The notes under the pieces were generated by a model. That model was not told where the DNA came from and made no database searches. It saw only the letters and a program-made list of their open reading frames with translations. This document shows, one piece after another, positions 33,381 through 60,199 of a stretch of 64,000 nucleotides of DNA (its first letter is position 1; every line of letters starts with the position of its first letter). Source of the DNA: the human T2T-CHM13v2.0 reference genome, Homo sapiens; assembly GCF_009914755.1 (NCBI RefSeq), contig NC_060925.1, one strand, 5' to 3'. The position numbers and the translations under genes are program-made.

Positions 33381-33730
33381 AGGGCTCCCTGGAAGAGTTG
33401 GATTTTCATTTGGTTCCTTGGTCTTTATATAAAAGTTCTGAAACCTCAGATAATCTGATCACAGCCTCTTGCCCTCTCCCCAGCAGAGCTCCCCCATGCA
33501 CACATTCATTCTGTCCCTGTGCTTTTTCCCAACCTCCGGTCCCGCTTGTTGTCACGCTCTGATGGTGGGCGCCGGCGGAGTCTTGCCTCTTCCCCTCCAG
33601 CAGCTGAGACTGCATTACCCAGCCGTTCCCCCTGCTAGCTAAATAAATTAATACAAATAATGGAGCTAGGTCAGCATTACCGGCGTTACCCGGAGGTGGG
33701 CGCGATATGAACGACAGTCTCGGCGGGGCA

Positions 33731-33780
33731 ACGTCCTAAGTACCTGTGCCTGTGCGACGTCCTAAGTACCTGTGCCTGTG
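33731..33780. repeat. Perfect 24-bp direct repeat, period 26
   Basis: acgtcctaagtacctgtgcctgtg-cg-acgtcctaagtacctgtgcctgtg. Confidence 0.95.
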
Positions 33781-34017
33781 AAGTACACGCTGCAGAAGTT
33801 GAACTGCTGGCACCAGAACACCACTCTGATACTCTTGCTTACACCCAGTTTTTCTTATTAAAAAGTATACTTAAGTAACAGGACATTGTTTTACAAACAG
33901 GCAGGTGAAATGACCGTGGACTGACAGGTTTCAAAGACCAGACTTCCAGTCCTGACTACTGTGCGACCTTCCACAAATGGCTAACGGCTAATACCCGTCA
34001 AGGCTCAGTTCAAATGA

Positions 34018-34443
<426 letters not shown>

Positions 34444-34807
34444 TGAGGAGGCTTCTTATGACATGTTATTTGGAAAGTTATTGAGAGAACAGGAAATATT
34501 TCTCGTCCTCTTCCTCTTGTACCTATAGGCAGAGAATCCACCCAATTGCAGAATTGGAGATTCATTCACAAAGGTCAAATGTCATCAGTCACCTGAATTA
34601 CTGCAAAAATCTCCTCACTGAACCATTTTTTTCCTTACCAATATTCATTGAGCACTGACTATGGGAGAGCCCTGAGTCAGGCATTGGGAATACAAGTAGG
34701 CATAATATTCTGAAGGAATAAACAGTCCAGATGGAGCTAGCCTCTGCTTTTATAAAGTCTAAGTTTAAGGCCTTAAGATTTCTCCTAGACTCAAATTAAA
34801 CAGTATT

Positions 34808-35172
34808 TGATATGGTTTGGCTGTGTCCCCACCCAAATCTCATCTCGAATTGTAAGTCCCACAATCCCCATGTGTCCTAGGAGGAACCCAATGGGAGGTA
34901 ATTGAATCTTGGGGATGAGTTTTTCCTGTGCTGTTCTCATGATAGTGAATAAGTCTCACGAGATCTGATGGCTTTAAAAACAGGAGTCTCCGCGTACCAG
35001 CTCTCTCTGCCTGCTGCCATCCACGTGATATGTGACTTGCTCCTCCTTACCTTCTGCCATGATTGTGAGGTCTCCCCAGCCATGTGGAACTGTAAGTCCA
35101 ATAAACCTTTCTTTTGTAAATTGCCCAGTCTCGGGTATGTCTTTATCAGCAGCATGAAAACAGACTAATACA
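34808..35172 (+). mobile_element. THE1A/B (ERVL-MaLR) solo LTR with 5-bp TSD gtatt
   Basis: TGATATGGTTTGGCTGTGTCCCCACCCAAATCTC...GACTAATACA; gtatt at 34803-34807 and 35173-35177. Confidence 0.93.
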
Positions 35173-35230
35173 GTATTTATGCCTTGTTAACAAGTTTTAG
35201 TTTCAAGTACAGATGTGAACACTTGAACTA

Positions 35231-36028
<798 letters not shown>

Positions 36029-36132
36029 ATGGGTACTAAATTCTATACATATAAACACATTTACTTCTCACAGCCCTCTAAGAATATGTATAAATGAGGC
36101 CGATATACATGCCTTTATACAAACTGAGATCT

Positions 36133-36210
36133 TGTCCACGATTCAATCTCACATCCACCGACCTCAAAACCTGTCCACGATTCAATCTCACATCCACCGA
36201 CCTCAAAACC
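36133..36210. repeat. Perfect 39-bp tandem duplication
   Basis: tgtccacgattcaatctcacatccaccgacctcaaaacc x2. Confidence 0.95.
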
Positions 36211-36511
36211 TAAGTCCTTAACCACCAGGTTCTTCTACCTGTCATCAGAAGCTTTATAGACTGGCAAAATAAAAGGGCTCTTTTTTTTAATTCTGAGCTA
36301 TTTAGTTTCAGTAGATGATATGGAAAAACACAAGAAATTACATCAGTATTTACAAAATTAACAATGTCTACAGAGATGTTTTCTCTTTAAATCTTTACAA
36401 TGTGATATTAAAAGCAGAAATCCAGATACCTCAAGCATAGACTAAAGGTTTAAAATAAACTTGAATTTTTGGTTCCTGAGCAAAGCTCTATAAAAAAGGG
36501 TTCCCCTACCT

Positions 36512-38407
<1,896 letters not shown>

Positions 38408-40137
38408 TTAGAAGAACTATTACCCCACCACCACCACATAAAAATAGATTCCTTTCACTAATTTAAAGTTTGTCTAATACAGCCAACAGCTTGGAGGCAA
38501 TTGCACAACTACTCTTAAGAATGTGTGACAGAACATGAACCAAATGTTCCAAAATTGTTGTGACAGGATGCTGATCTACAAACTACAGTATCTGCCCTTA
38601 TTTTCTGCTCTGTTAACCTATTATCACAGACAGATTTACTACTTTATTTTTCAAATTCGCTCATAAAGACCCAGTTCATACTCGTTGGTGTTTTATTTCA
38701 TCATAACCTAAGGCCATAATTTAAAGCCACATTTTCTATATCTATCTACGAGATTAGAATTTGGTTTTCGCTGATAAAATTGCAGCTGGCAAATTTCAAT
38801 TAATGAGAAAAAATACAATCAGATGAACCTGTATGCAGAGCAGAGTCCAAAGCAGGCACTGGCTTCAGATCTGGGGAATTCCACAGAGATTTTGGACATA
38901 AAAATCCAAAGCAAATTTTCTCACAGTAACCGCAAGTTCCTGCAAACTCACCATTTCCTGTGACTGTGCAGAAGCCCCCAATGGAGGTTTCCACAGTACA
39001 CCTTCAATTTCCCCCTCAGCAGGGATTCTGATGAAGCAGGAAACCTCACACCATTTCAAAGTGACAGTAAAACCCCCTGAGATCCCTGTGGTCTTAGCTC
39101 CTTAGGGTATGTGGCAGGACCTTGCTCTCCCAACAGCAGGGCTGGGATTCCAGAAGGAAAACTCCATCCTCAGCCCCACCTCCACAACACTCTGCAGAGA
39201 ACTAGCCCCACCTCTTTTGTTTATCTGTTTTCTGTTTACTGGGTTTTGGTCTAGAGAAGAGAAAAAAAGAATCATGAATTATGTAATGTTATTTTGTGCT
39301 CAGGGGGACAAAAAAAGACAAGGGGCACCCGGAACATATATTAATGCCTGTAAATGTTTTGAATCTCAGCCCAAAATGAAAGTGTGCCAGAAACATAACT
39401 TTCTTATTTTTTAAAACTGAACTGAAGTTGCATTGTGAGTCCTTTAGTCAAATGAGGGTCTCCCTGAACCCTCTCTGTTCAGGGTTATACCTTGAACATT
39501 GAACAGAAATTAGTGAGGGCACCATCTCATCCTCGGATCATCATCTTATCTGTGCTTGATTGTTTCGTAATGAACATGTATCATTTTTACCAAGAGCCAT
39601 GAGATGGTTATTCCCGAGATTTCAGAGTTTACTTGAAAGTAATACCAGTTTAGAGCTGAAAGAACTATATATGTGTATTACTATTCGTTTTGAGTTGCAT
39701 CTGTGTGGTATTTCATCCAAAAAGTTCACAATACTTGCAAATATTAACCAAGGTAGCTTCAGGGAAATGCTTTATTCCTAAAGCCAACTGATCAAACATT
39801 TCCTTCCTAGTGCCTCTTGATACTCAGTTAACACACTAAAGAAAACAACCTCATTGACTTCATTTCAACAAGTAGAAGAAATGCTGAAAGTCTACTTCTA
39901 AAAATATCTAAATTTAAAAATTATTGCTGTTATTATTGGGTCTGTTATTATTACCCTTTATTGAGCACTTATTTTGTGGAAGGCCGTGTTGTAAGTTTGG
40001 GTTTATAAAATGTATTTTCTAACATATTTTGAAAATGGGCATATCCACATATTTGTCATAAAATTACCTGCTGTAACATTTCTTGAGTTTCTTTTAACAT
40101 GTTGTCTAAGGAGAAAGAAGAGTTTCTTAACTTGTAA

Positions 40138-40430
<293 letters not shown>

Positions 40431-40859
40431 AACTTGTAACACATTCTTTAAGATTCAGGAATGAGTTAAATAGAAATTTGTTTTTATGTTGTATTTTTTA
40501 TTTTAGTGACAATCTTAAAAAGCAATCTTTTATACTGTTTTTTTTTTCCTGACAAGGATAATTAAGAACCAAAAGACTTTCTCATAATAAAAGACATTAT
40601 TTGCTTATAGTCCATGTTTTTCAAAGTAGGAAATGTTTTCCCAAAGGTTTCTAAGAATGTTTCTCTTCAAAAAGCGTTCAGTCAGTTGGAGGATTTAAAA
40701 TTTTATTTTTGGTTTATAATACATTGTTAACATTTGAGAAAAATAATATAAAATTTTTAATTAAAACTTCCTTAAAAAAAAAAAAAAACTTCCTTTGGCC
40801 AGGCGCGGTGGCTCACACCTGTAATCCCAGCACTTTGGGAGGCCAAAGTGGGTGGATCA

Positions 40860-43135
<2,276 letters not shown>

Positions 43136-44629
43136 GGGATGGTTTCATTCTAGAGATGGGTACCCACAGTTAAGAGGTTGAGGCAATTAGTAATGTTTGC
43201 AACAACCATGAAGAGAGATGCACCTCTAGGGCTCAATGAGAGACTGATGCAAAGGTTCTGAGTGTTATGCAGCTCAGGACTTGGGAGTCATCAGAATACA
43301 TCTGACCTGAGGGAACTGGGACCAATTTGTCCAGGCAGGGAGCAAGTATGTGGTGTAAACGGCATGAATGAATCTCCACCTGGAAGCCAAAGGTTCTGAC
43401 ATGAGGAAGGGGTTTCCATAGTCAGACCTGTTCACATAGAGTAAATAAATCAAACCCCCTAGGCTGGAGCAAATAAGCCTGCTGACTAAAGCTAGCTGAA
43501 AGAGAAAGAGTCAGATACAGGAGTAGAAATAATGTATAATGCTTTACTATATTGCTCTTATTTTGGTCTTATAATAGTATACTGCTAGAGTTTTTAAAAA
43601 TGATGTCCATACTGCTATTATCATTGCTGGAAAACGCTGGCTATTTCCTTCTAGAGAAGGAAAAGTAAACAAGTCTTAAAGGGTCTTTGACTAACTCCCC
43701 AAGTGAGAGAAAGGAAGGAAGCCCTCATTAATGTACACATCCCCTACTTCCTACTCACTTTTTCTTTTCTTTTTTTTTTTTTTAGGGAGTGAAGTGTATA
43801 TATCTTTTTTAACTTTTTTTTAAATTAAAAAAGACAAAGTAAGTTTCCTAAACTAGTTCTCCAGACATTCAACTTTTTAAAAATACCTCCAGGTTCAACT
43901 CAGCTGGAATTTTGAGTGCTGCTGAGTACACTTATATACTTGCCTGGTTGTTTTTCTCTTTCCTATATGTTTTACTAACTGGCATTTCAGTTTGAGACTC
44001 TTTCAGAGGAGATTATAATGGTCTTTTCAATAGCACTCTGCAGCTCCACTGCCTTTGCAGGTATTGTACTGTCAAATGTAGCCTGCGGGGGTATCAGGCA
44101 GCATTTGGGTATTTATGTGGCAAAGGGACAGCATCGACATATTTTGGGAGATGCCGACTTGACGTGGGGAAGAGGAATATTCGTTAGAAAGGGTAATAGG
44201 TCTGAAAAGCATATTTGGTAAAAGGTTTTGTTATCTTTGGGAAATCTCATGTACAAACACAAGAAAAGTATTATGTCCCAAGGCCTTTGTGTGGCACAGT
44301 TCTGGTGACAGCATATTTTCATTGTATATATTGGTTCATTAAGCTCAAACCAACCTCATAATTACATGATTGTGACAAGATTAACTGAATGGACAATCCA
44401 AATGGCCGAAAGGTCAAATGAGGGTCCCTCTGTCTAATAATACTTTTACTCTTCTGTTATTTTTAGGCTGGCTTAGTGAGAATGTATCATGCAGGCTTGC
44501 AGAGGATTGCTTACGTTTTGTTCCAAGACTCATTTATTACTATTGTGTGGGCCGAAATGTGCACAACATACCAAATCCAGGCACAAAGTAGAAAATTAAT
44601 CTTCACAGGAGAGAACAAATCTTATTTAT

Positions 44630-45800
<1,171 letters not shown>

Positions 45801-45899
45801 TAAAGTTGAACGTGGTTTCATGTATGTTTGTTAACCACTCAATTTTCCTCCTTGTGATACTTGTTCAGTTTCTAGACAGAGCAAATCATAAATGTAAAG

Positions 45900-46352
45900 G
45901 GAAGAATGGAGACAGATCTATTGTATAGCTTGGTGACTATGGTTAATAATGTATTATAATTTCAAAATTGTTGAGAGTAAATTTCAAATGTTCTTACCCC
46001 CAAAATAAGAATGTGAGGTGACAAATATATTAATTAGCTTGATTTAATTATTCCACAATGTATACATCTATCAAAATGTCAGCTGGGTGCCATGGTTTAT
46101 GCTATAACCCCTGCACTTTGGAAAGCTTAGGCGGAAGGATCACTTGAGCCCAGGAATTCAGCAACATAGTGAGATCCTGTCTCTACAAAAAATTTAAAAA
46201 TTAGCCACGTATGGTGGCGTGCACTGGTAGTCCCACCTACTCAGGAGGCTGAGGTGGGAGGATCACTTGAGCCGAGGAGGTTGAGGCTGCAGTGATCTGT
46301 TATCACACCACTGCACTCCAGCCTGGGCAACAGAGTAAGAGAGTCACAAAAA
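45900..46352 (+). mobile_element. L1M 3' fragment (45900-46080) followed by AluJ (46082-46352)
   Basis: ggtgactatggttaataatgtatt...aattagcttgatttaattattccacaatgtatac. Confidence 0.8.
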
Positions 46353-46480
46353 AACCTTTCTACTAATCACATTATGCCATGTAAGCACTTAGATAGATGG
46401 CTCATTCCACTTTTCAGGCTCAAAATAAAATGCTTTTTATGCTGACATCTTGACTTAGGTGACTTTTCCCAGGTACTCAC

Positions 46481-46541
46481 CACCAAAGATCTACACACAA
46501 GGATTCTCTGCCGTCCCTCTGATGTTGTGTCCTTGCTTTGA
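46481..46541 (-). other. TGFBR3: TGFBR3 distal-transcript non-coding exon 2 (61 nt)
   Basis: Acceptor ttctttgttttatttgtAG|TCAAAG; donor GGTG|GTGAGT (46480-46475); matches the remembered betaglycan cDNA 5'UTR. Confidence 0.88.
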
Positions 46542-46650
46542 CTACAAATAAAACAAAGAACATTAATTGAGTATAGTTGTAGCAAACTTGAGTTTTTGGC
46601 TGAAAATTAACATTTATACAAGAACTCCTGAAATACCAAGAAACTGCTTT

Positions 46651-46825
46651 GGCTGGGCACAGTGGGCACTTGTAGTCACAGCTACTCAGGAGGCTGAGGC
46701 AGGAGAACCACTTTAGCCAGGAGTTGAAGACTATAGTGTGCTATGATGGTACCTGTGAATAACCACTGCACTCCAGCCTGGGCAGCATAGTGAGACCTGT
46801 CTCTAAAAACAAAACAAAACAAAAA
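46651..46825 (+). mobile_element. FAM (fossil Alu monomer)
   Basis: Diagnostic cctgtgaataaccactgcactccagc. Confidence 0.8.
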
Positions 46826-46961
46826 GAAACTTCTTTGACTTTTCTTGCACAGTTGACTTGAATTTTGTGCATAGATATTTGGAGTAGTTAAAAAAAAAAG
46901 ATTCTGAAATATACTCCTAGATATCCCTCTCCATTCATATTAAACTTACTTATTTTACATC

Positions 46962-47257
46962 ATTTTATTTTATTTTGAGATGGAGTCTCACTCTGTTGCC
47001 CAGGTTGGAGTGCAGTGGTGCAATCTCAGCTGACTGCAACCTCCACCTCCCAGGTTTAGAGATTCTCCCACCTCAGCCTCCCGAGTACCTGGGACTACAG
47101 GCATGTGCCACCACACCTGGCTAATTTTTGTATTTTTAGCAGAGACAGGGTTTCACCATGTTGGCCAGGCTTGTCTCAAACTCCAGACCTCAGGTGATCT
47201 GCCTGCCTCAGCCTCCCAAAGTGCTGGGATTACAGGTGTGAATCACCACGCCCAGCC
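46962..47257 (-). mobile_element. AluS
   Basis: Alu consensus. Confidence 0.9.
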
Positions 47258-47749
47258 AAACTTAATTATTTAAATCTAAGTTGTTAGCTGTTAGATGAAC
47301 CGTTTCTAAACTAACAAACTCACCGTTTTAACAACAGTAACACTTAAAATCACTACTAATGAAAATTCTAAATATGCAAACTGTAATTTCCTAATGAAAT
47401 AGCTAATTTTTTCTTATAAAACAAAATAGAAAAGTATCACATACAAGAAACTCCACATCTCGACCATTTCTACCTTGCAATATATATTCTTGACTCACTC
47501 TTTTCTGTTAGTGCCAAAGGCAACACTGACAGTCTTGCATAATCCACAAGGTGGTCCAACATTAATACTCTCTGGAAAATAGTTGGGATGACAGCAAAGC
47601 TGAATCATCATATCACTTTACAGTGTCTCAAAGTATCAAAGACTAAAACTGTGATTGCCCCACTCTCTGGATATTTCCCCAGTGGTGCCTATCTTGAAAA
47701 AGCAAATTCAAGAGACATGAAAAAAAGTTATTGGGTTTGGTTTTGTTTT

Positions 47750-48040
47750 ATTTGAGATAAGGTCTTGTCATGTTGCTCAGGCTGGCCTCAAACTTCTGGG
47801 CTCGGATGATCCTTCTGCCTCAGCCTCTGGAATACCTGGGACTATAGGCATACACCACTGAATGTGGCTTCTCATATGGTAATTCTATTTTAAATTTTTT
47901 AAGAGCTCTGTATGCCATTTTCCATAGCAGCTGCACCATTTTACATTCCCACTAACACTTTACAAGGGTTCCAGTGCCTCCATGTCCTCATCCTCACCAA
48001 CACTTGTTATTTTCTGTGGGTTTTGTTTGTTTTTAAAATA
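47750..48040 (-). mobile_element. Alu monomer fragment plus L1M fragment
   Basis: ttttccatagcagctgcaccattttacattcccac...cctcaccaacacttgttattttct. Confidence 0.75.
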
Positions 48041-48483
48041 ATCATATATACTTTTTGTTAGGTGTATTTTTATTGGGTCTTATCCTCTGAAAAATATATA
48101 ACAACTCTTCATCAGTCCAAATACTTGGTTAGTTGGAACACATACAAATAATATCCAAAGAAAAAGAAGTAGCTTCTCCAGCATGGAAGAAAAGGATAGT
48201 CAGAAGTAATATCTGAAAATATGCAATGAATGGAAACTACATCCAAAGATTATAGTGAAACAAGGCAATCTCTATGCAATAGGCTGATTATTTATGTGAT
48301 TAAGCTGACAAGGATTTACATCTGTTTTTATTCAGCTTTTTGTTTAAATAATAGCATTGTACATTCTCATATTACAAATGTTATTGTATACTATTATATA
48401 TTATAACATGTTTAAAGACATCAAACTAACTTTTTCAACTGTTCTTGAAATTTTATGGAAATAAACATTAGAATAAACGTTGT

Positions 48484-51070
<2,587 letters not shown>

Positions 51071-51223
51071 TTACTTTGGAAACTTATAGAGAGCACAGTG
51101 GTTAAAAGCATGGGTTTGAAATTAGAAAGATCAGGGCTTGGATTTTTTTTTTTTTTTTTTTTTTAGAAATATCAACATGAGGGCTTAGATTTGGGTTCTA
51201 CTACTTGTCAGTTGTCTTTCTAA

Positions 51224-51854
<631 letters not shown>

Positions 51855-52279
51855 AGATTCTTTACCTGTAAAAAAGGAACAATCACACCTACCTTTTAGG
51901 ATTTCTGGGCGAATTAAATATAAATAATGATAGGCTTAGCACACTTCTTGGCACAAAATATGTCAATATGTTGTAGCTATTATTAGTACAGAACTCAGGA
52001 TCATTTCTCTTGGCATCAGTTTCTACAGAATAATCCTATTAATGTTGGAAATGTAGGTGATTAAGTTGAATCCACACTGACACTCTGACATAACCTGGAA
52101 TTACATCTTTGAATAATCCTCAGGATCAGTTGGCTTATTTAACACTTTTCTCTAGGGTACAGAAAAATGCTAGTTATTTGAGCTTTCTAAATTTAGCATG
52201 CCAAACCAATAAAAATTTACCAGTTATCCAAAAGAGATTGTGATAAGTTTTCTATTACTCACAACCGTTGACCAGTTAC

Positions 52280-52597
<318 letters not shown>

Positions 52598-52604
52598 TGA
52601 AAAG

Positions 52605-53310
52605 CAGTATCAAAGCACTTTTGGTTGCAAATGATGGAAATTCAATTAATATTAGCTTAAGCAAAAAAGAAGGTACTGACCTCAATGTTGCCAGAGCTCT
52701 GCTTCCTTGTGTGTGCTGGCATCCATCTGCAGATAGCTTCTTCCTGCACAGCCTGATGTTAAGACCATGCGCAGCTTCAGGCTCATGCGGTTCTTTCAGT
52801 TTGAAGGCCCAAGGAAAAAAAGCTCCTTTCTTTCTTAGTAGCTACAAATCTTAAAGAAATAAATTTTAAAGATAATTCTGGACGGGCGCGGTGGCTCACG
52901 CCTGTAATCTCAACACTTTGGGAGCCCGAGGCGGGTGGATCACGAGGTTAGGAGATCGAGACTGTTCTGGCCAACATGGTGAAACCCCGTCTCTACTAAA
53001 AAATAAAATAAAATAAAATAAATAAATACAAAAATTGGCCGGGTGTAGTGGCGTGCGCCTGTAGTCCCAGCTACTCAGGAGGCTGAGGCAGGAGAATCCC
53101 TTGAACCCGGGAAGCGGAGGTTGCGATCGCGCCACTGCACTCCAGCCCGGGCGACAGGGTGAGACTCCGTCTCAAAAAAACAAGATTCTTAGTTCAGAGT
53201 AGGTGGGGCACTGTGCTCATCTCGCGAGAACCACATGGCCAGGGGAGGGGCGATTCCCCAAAAGGAAATCAAGATCTGATTCCAGACAAAAAGGAATGGT
53301 AGGGGGGTTC
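52605..53310 (-). mobile_element. Ancient ERVL-MaLR LTR (MLT1J/K-like) hosting the TGFBR3 distal first exon, split by AluS(+) 52879-53180
   Basis: 3' part cttttggttgcaaatgatggaaattcaattaatattagcttaagcaaaaaag and 5' part ccacatggccaggggaggggcgattccccaaaaggaaatc...ggaatgg resemble MLT1 consensus ends (from memory). Confidence 0.65.
52681..52857 (-). other. TGFBR3: TGFBR3 distal-promoter non-coding first exon (5' end approximate)
   Basis: Minus strand reads TCTTTAAGATTTGTAGCTACTAAG...GGCAACATTGAG|GTCAGT, matching the remembered 5' end of betaglycan cDNA; donor starts at 52680. Confidence 0.85.
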
Positions 53311-53959
53311 AAAGAATGGTAGGGAGGTTCATCCCTGTGAGGCTGGTGGGGCGGGGTGTCTAGGAGGGTGTCCCTGAGGTTTCTGGGGGGTCGCGGACAC
53401 TTCTTGGGGGATGCCCAAGAGGCAGGGCTCAGTAAAGTCTAATTTCAGAGCTTTATTTGCACTATCCCTAAGTTTCCGCAGAGTAATAATTGAATTAACC
53501 AGTTTTCTGTTTTCTTCTGTCCTTCATTTGTTTTAGGGGAGGGTTCGAAGAGATGTGCCTGTACCTGCAATTGGCGTCCTCTCTTCTTTAGCTGTTATTA
53601 GCTCTGAGCAGTCCCTTTTGTATAGGGAATTGTGTTAATTTTTTTGTGCACCCAGAGCTATGTACCTTTTGAAAGATACATGGGAGGCACTACTGAAAGT
53701 ACTTTTTTTTTTTGGCGTAAAATGGATAAATTTGGATATCATAAAGGCTGTATAAGTGTGTTCATGTGTTCTAGAGCCTTTCCTATTTCTCTAATGGGGA
53801 AGATTATCAAATAATGAGGAATATAAACGTAAGTGTGCATGGCTGTCAATGAAACAGGGAAAGCAAAGGGAGCATGTATATTTACCCAGGAATACAGTAC
53901 CTTTCTCTTTCTCTTTCACTTTTTTATCTCATTCTTTACTGTTTAAAAAATATATTATT

Positions 53960-54208
53960 CCAGTTAGAACGAATAATATCTAGTATCTAATAGCACAACA
54001 GTATGACTAAAGTCAATAATAATTTCATTGTACATTTTTTTAAAAAACAGAGTATAATTGGATTGCTTGTAACACAAAGGATAAATGCTTGAGGCGATGG
54101 ATACCACATTTACCATGATGTGATAATTACACACTACATGCCTGTATCAAAATATCTCATGTATGCCATAAATATACCTACTATGTACCCACAAACAATA
54201 AAAATTTT
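53960..54208 (+). mobile_element. L1MA 3' end
   Basis: gtaacacaaaggataaatgcttgaggcgatggatacc...tactatgtacccacaaacaataaaaatt. Confidence 0.88.
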
Positions 54209-54262
54209 TAAAAAATTTTTTAAGAGGTATGGTAGAGTGTGCAGAAAAAACAATAGATGCCC

Positions 54263-57316
<3,054 letters not shown>

Positions 57317-57524
57317 TTAAGTAGAATCAATTTATGTGAATCAGTTTTTTTCTCTAATATTCTCAAAATATTTACTAAGTTCTATCATGTCTCTTACCCA
57401 TACCATCCCAATTTAACTAATTAGAGTATAAGTGTTGCATCTCATTTATAGGGTACCTTTTAGGGATGACATCTACACAACCAAAGATGAAAGTCAGGCT
57501 GGGCAATTTATTCAGTCAATGTAA

Positions 57525-59048
<1,524 letters not shown>

Positions 59049-59164
59049 GTATGAAATCTCATTTAATGTTTATCATATAAATGATTACCTTATGGCTAAA
59101 TTTGTATGCTTTGTCCTAGAAAATTATGCTTTTCTTTGTAATTATGCTTTTCTCCCTCTTTCCA

Positions 59165-59211
59165 GAACACATTTCTTTCCAGAAAGAAAATCTCCGGAAA
59201 GAAATGTGTTC
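59165..59211. repeat. Perfect 16-bp inverted repeat, 15-nt spacer
   Basis: gaacacatttctttcc / ggaaagaaatgtgttc. Confidence 0.95.
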
Positions 59212-60199
59212 ACAGTGGAATGTCTCTGATGTTTACATTAAAATCAATGGAGATATCAATCTCTCACTGGGTCTCAAGACTTCCTTTCTGTCACAATGAA
59301 GAATCCTCTGATTTAATACTTTGTTCATTAATCATCATTACACTATATTTTTAAAAAATCCCAATATATTTTGCTGGGTAAAAACTGTTGACTCCTTGTT
59401 TACTTAAAATATGATAGAATCAAGCATGAACAAATCACAGAACATAAATTTGGGTGTTCAAAATACAAAAGATTAAAAACATACTCTGTCTACATTAATA
59501 AAAACTTTCAAAGGGATTGCAACCAATTCTATCAAAGCCTCAGAAGTTCCTGCTTTGGCAGTTAAAAGAGAAGAACATGAAACATCTTGTGAATTTTTTT
59601 CTTTGTGGATAATTAAACACAAGCCATGAGAAAGCAAATGTGCAGATGTACACCATATTTTCCTCACTCTGAAGACTAGAGCCATGTTTTGGAGACTTAA
59701 TATTTGAAAAAAAAAAATTTGAACTACATGTGAGGTATGTAGACTTTTTTCTTAAATTAATGTTTTTTGGTAATTTTATCAAGCATCGCCCCTGTGTCTT
59801 CCTTTCTATTTAAAGTGATTGAGTTTAGTTATCCTCTTCTTTCTTCTTTCAGGGAGGCCAAACACATTTTCAAATAACCAGAGCACATTGTAAAAGTGTG
59901 TACGTGGGGGTGAGGGAGTGGCTCTCTATGTTAAGGTGGACATCGTCCTTCATTGAGTTTTCCCTTCATTCATAAGAGAAACCCTTCCTGCTGGTTGCTA
60001 TCACAAAAAAGATACCATTTCTCCTGGGGCCTGCAAGAACTTATCTCCTTTTACTCAGAGTTGGAATCTCCCCAGGAGGAGGAAAATCAGACTCAATATT
60101 ATTATGAATCACTTTCAAGCCCTAAAGAGCCACATAGAAGTCAGCCATCCTGAGAACTCTTACAATTCATCTGGTAACTTAACAATTAGTGGCAAAATA

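Noticed and set aside
32098-33432. Long overlapping ORFs (up to 270 aa) on both strands
   Set aside because: Expected in a GC-rich CpG island with few stop codons; low-complexity A/P/R/G composition and no recognisable domain
46651-46825. Possible 7SL RNA gene or pseudogene
   Set aside because: Lacks the 7SL S domain and matches a FAM Alu monomer
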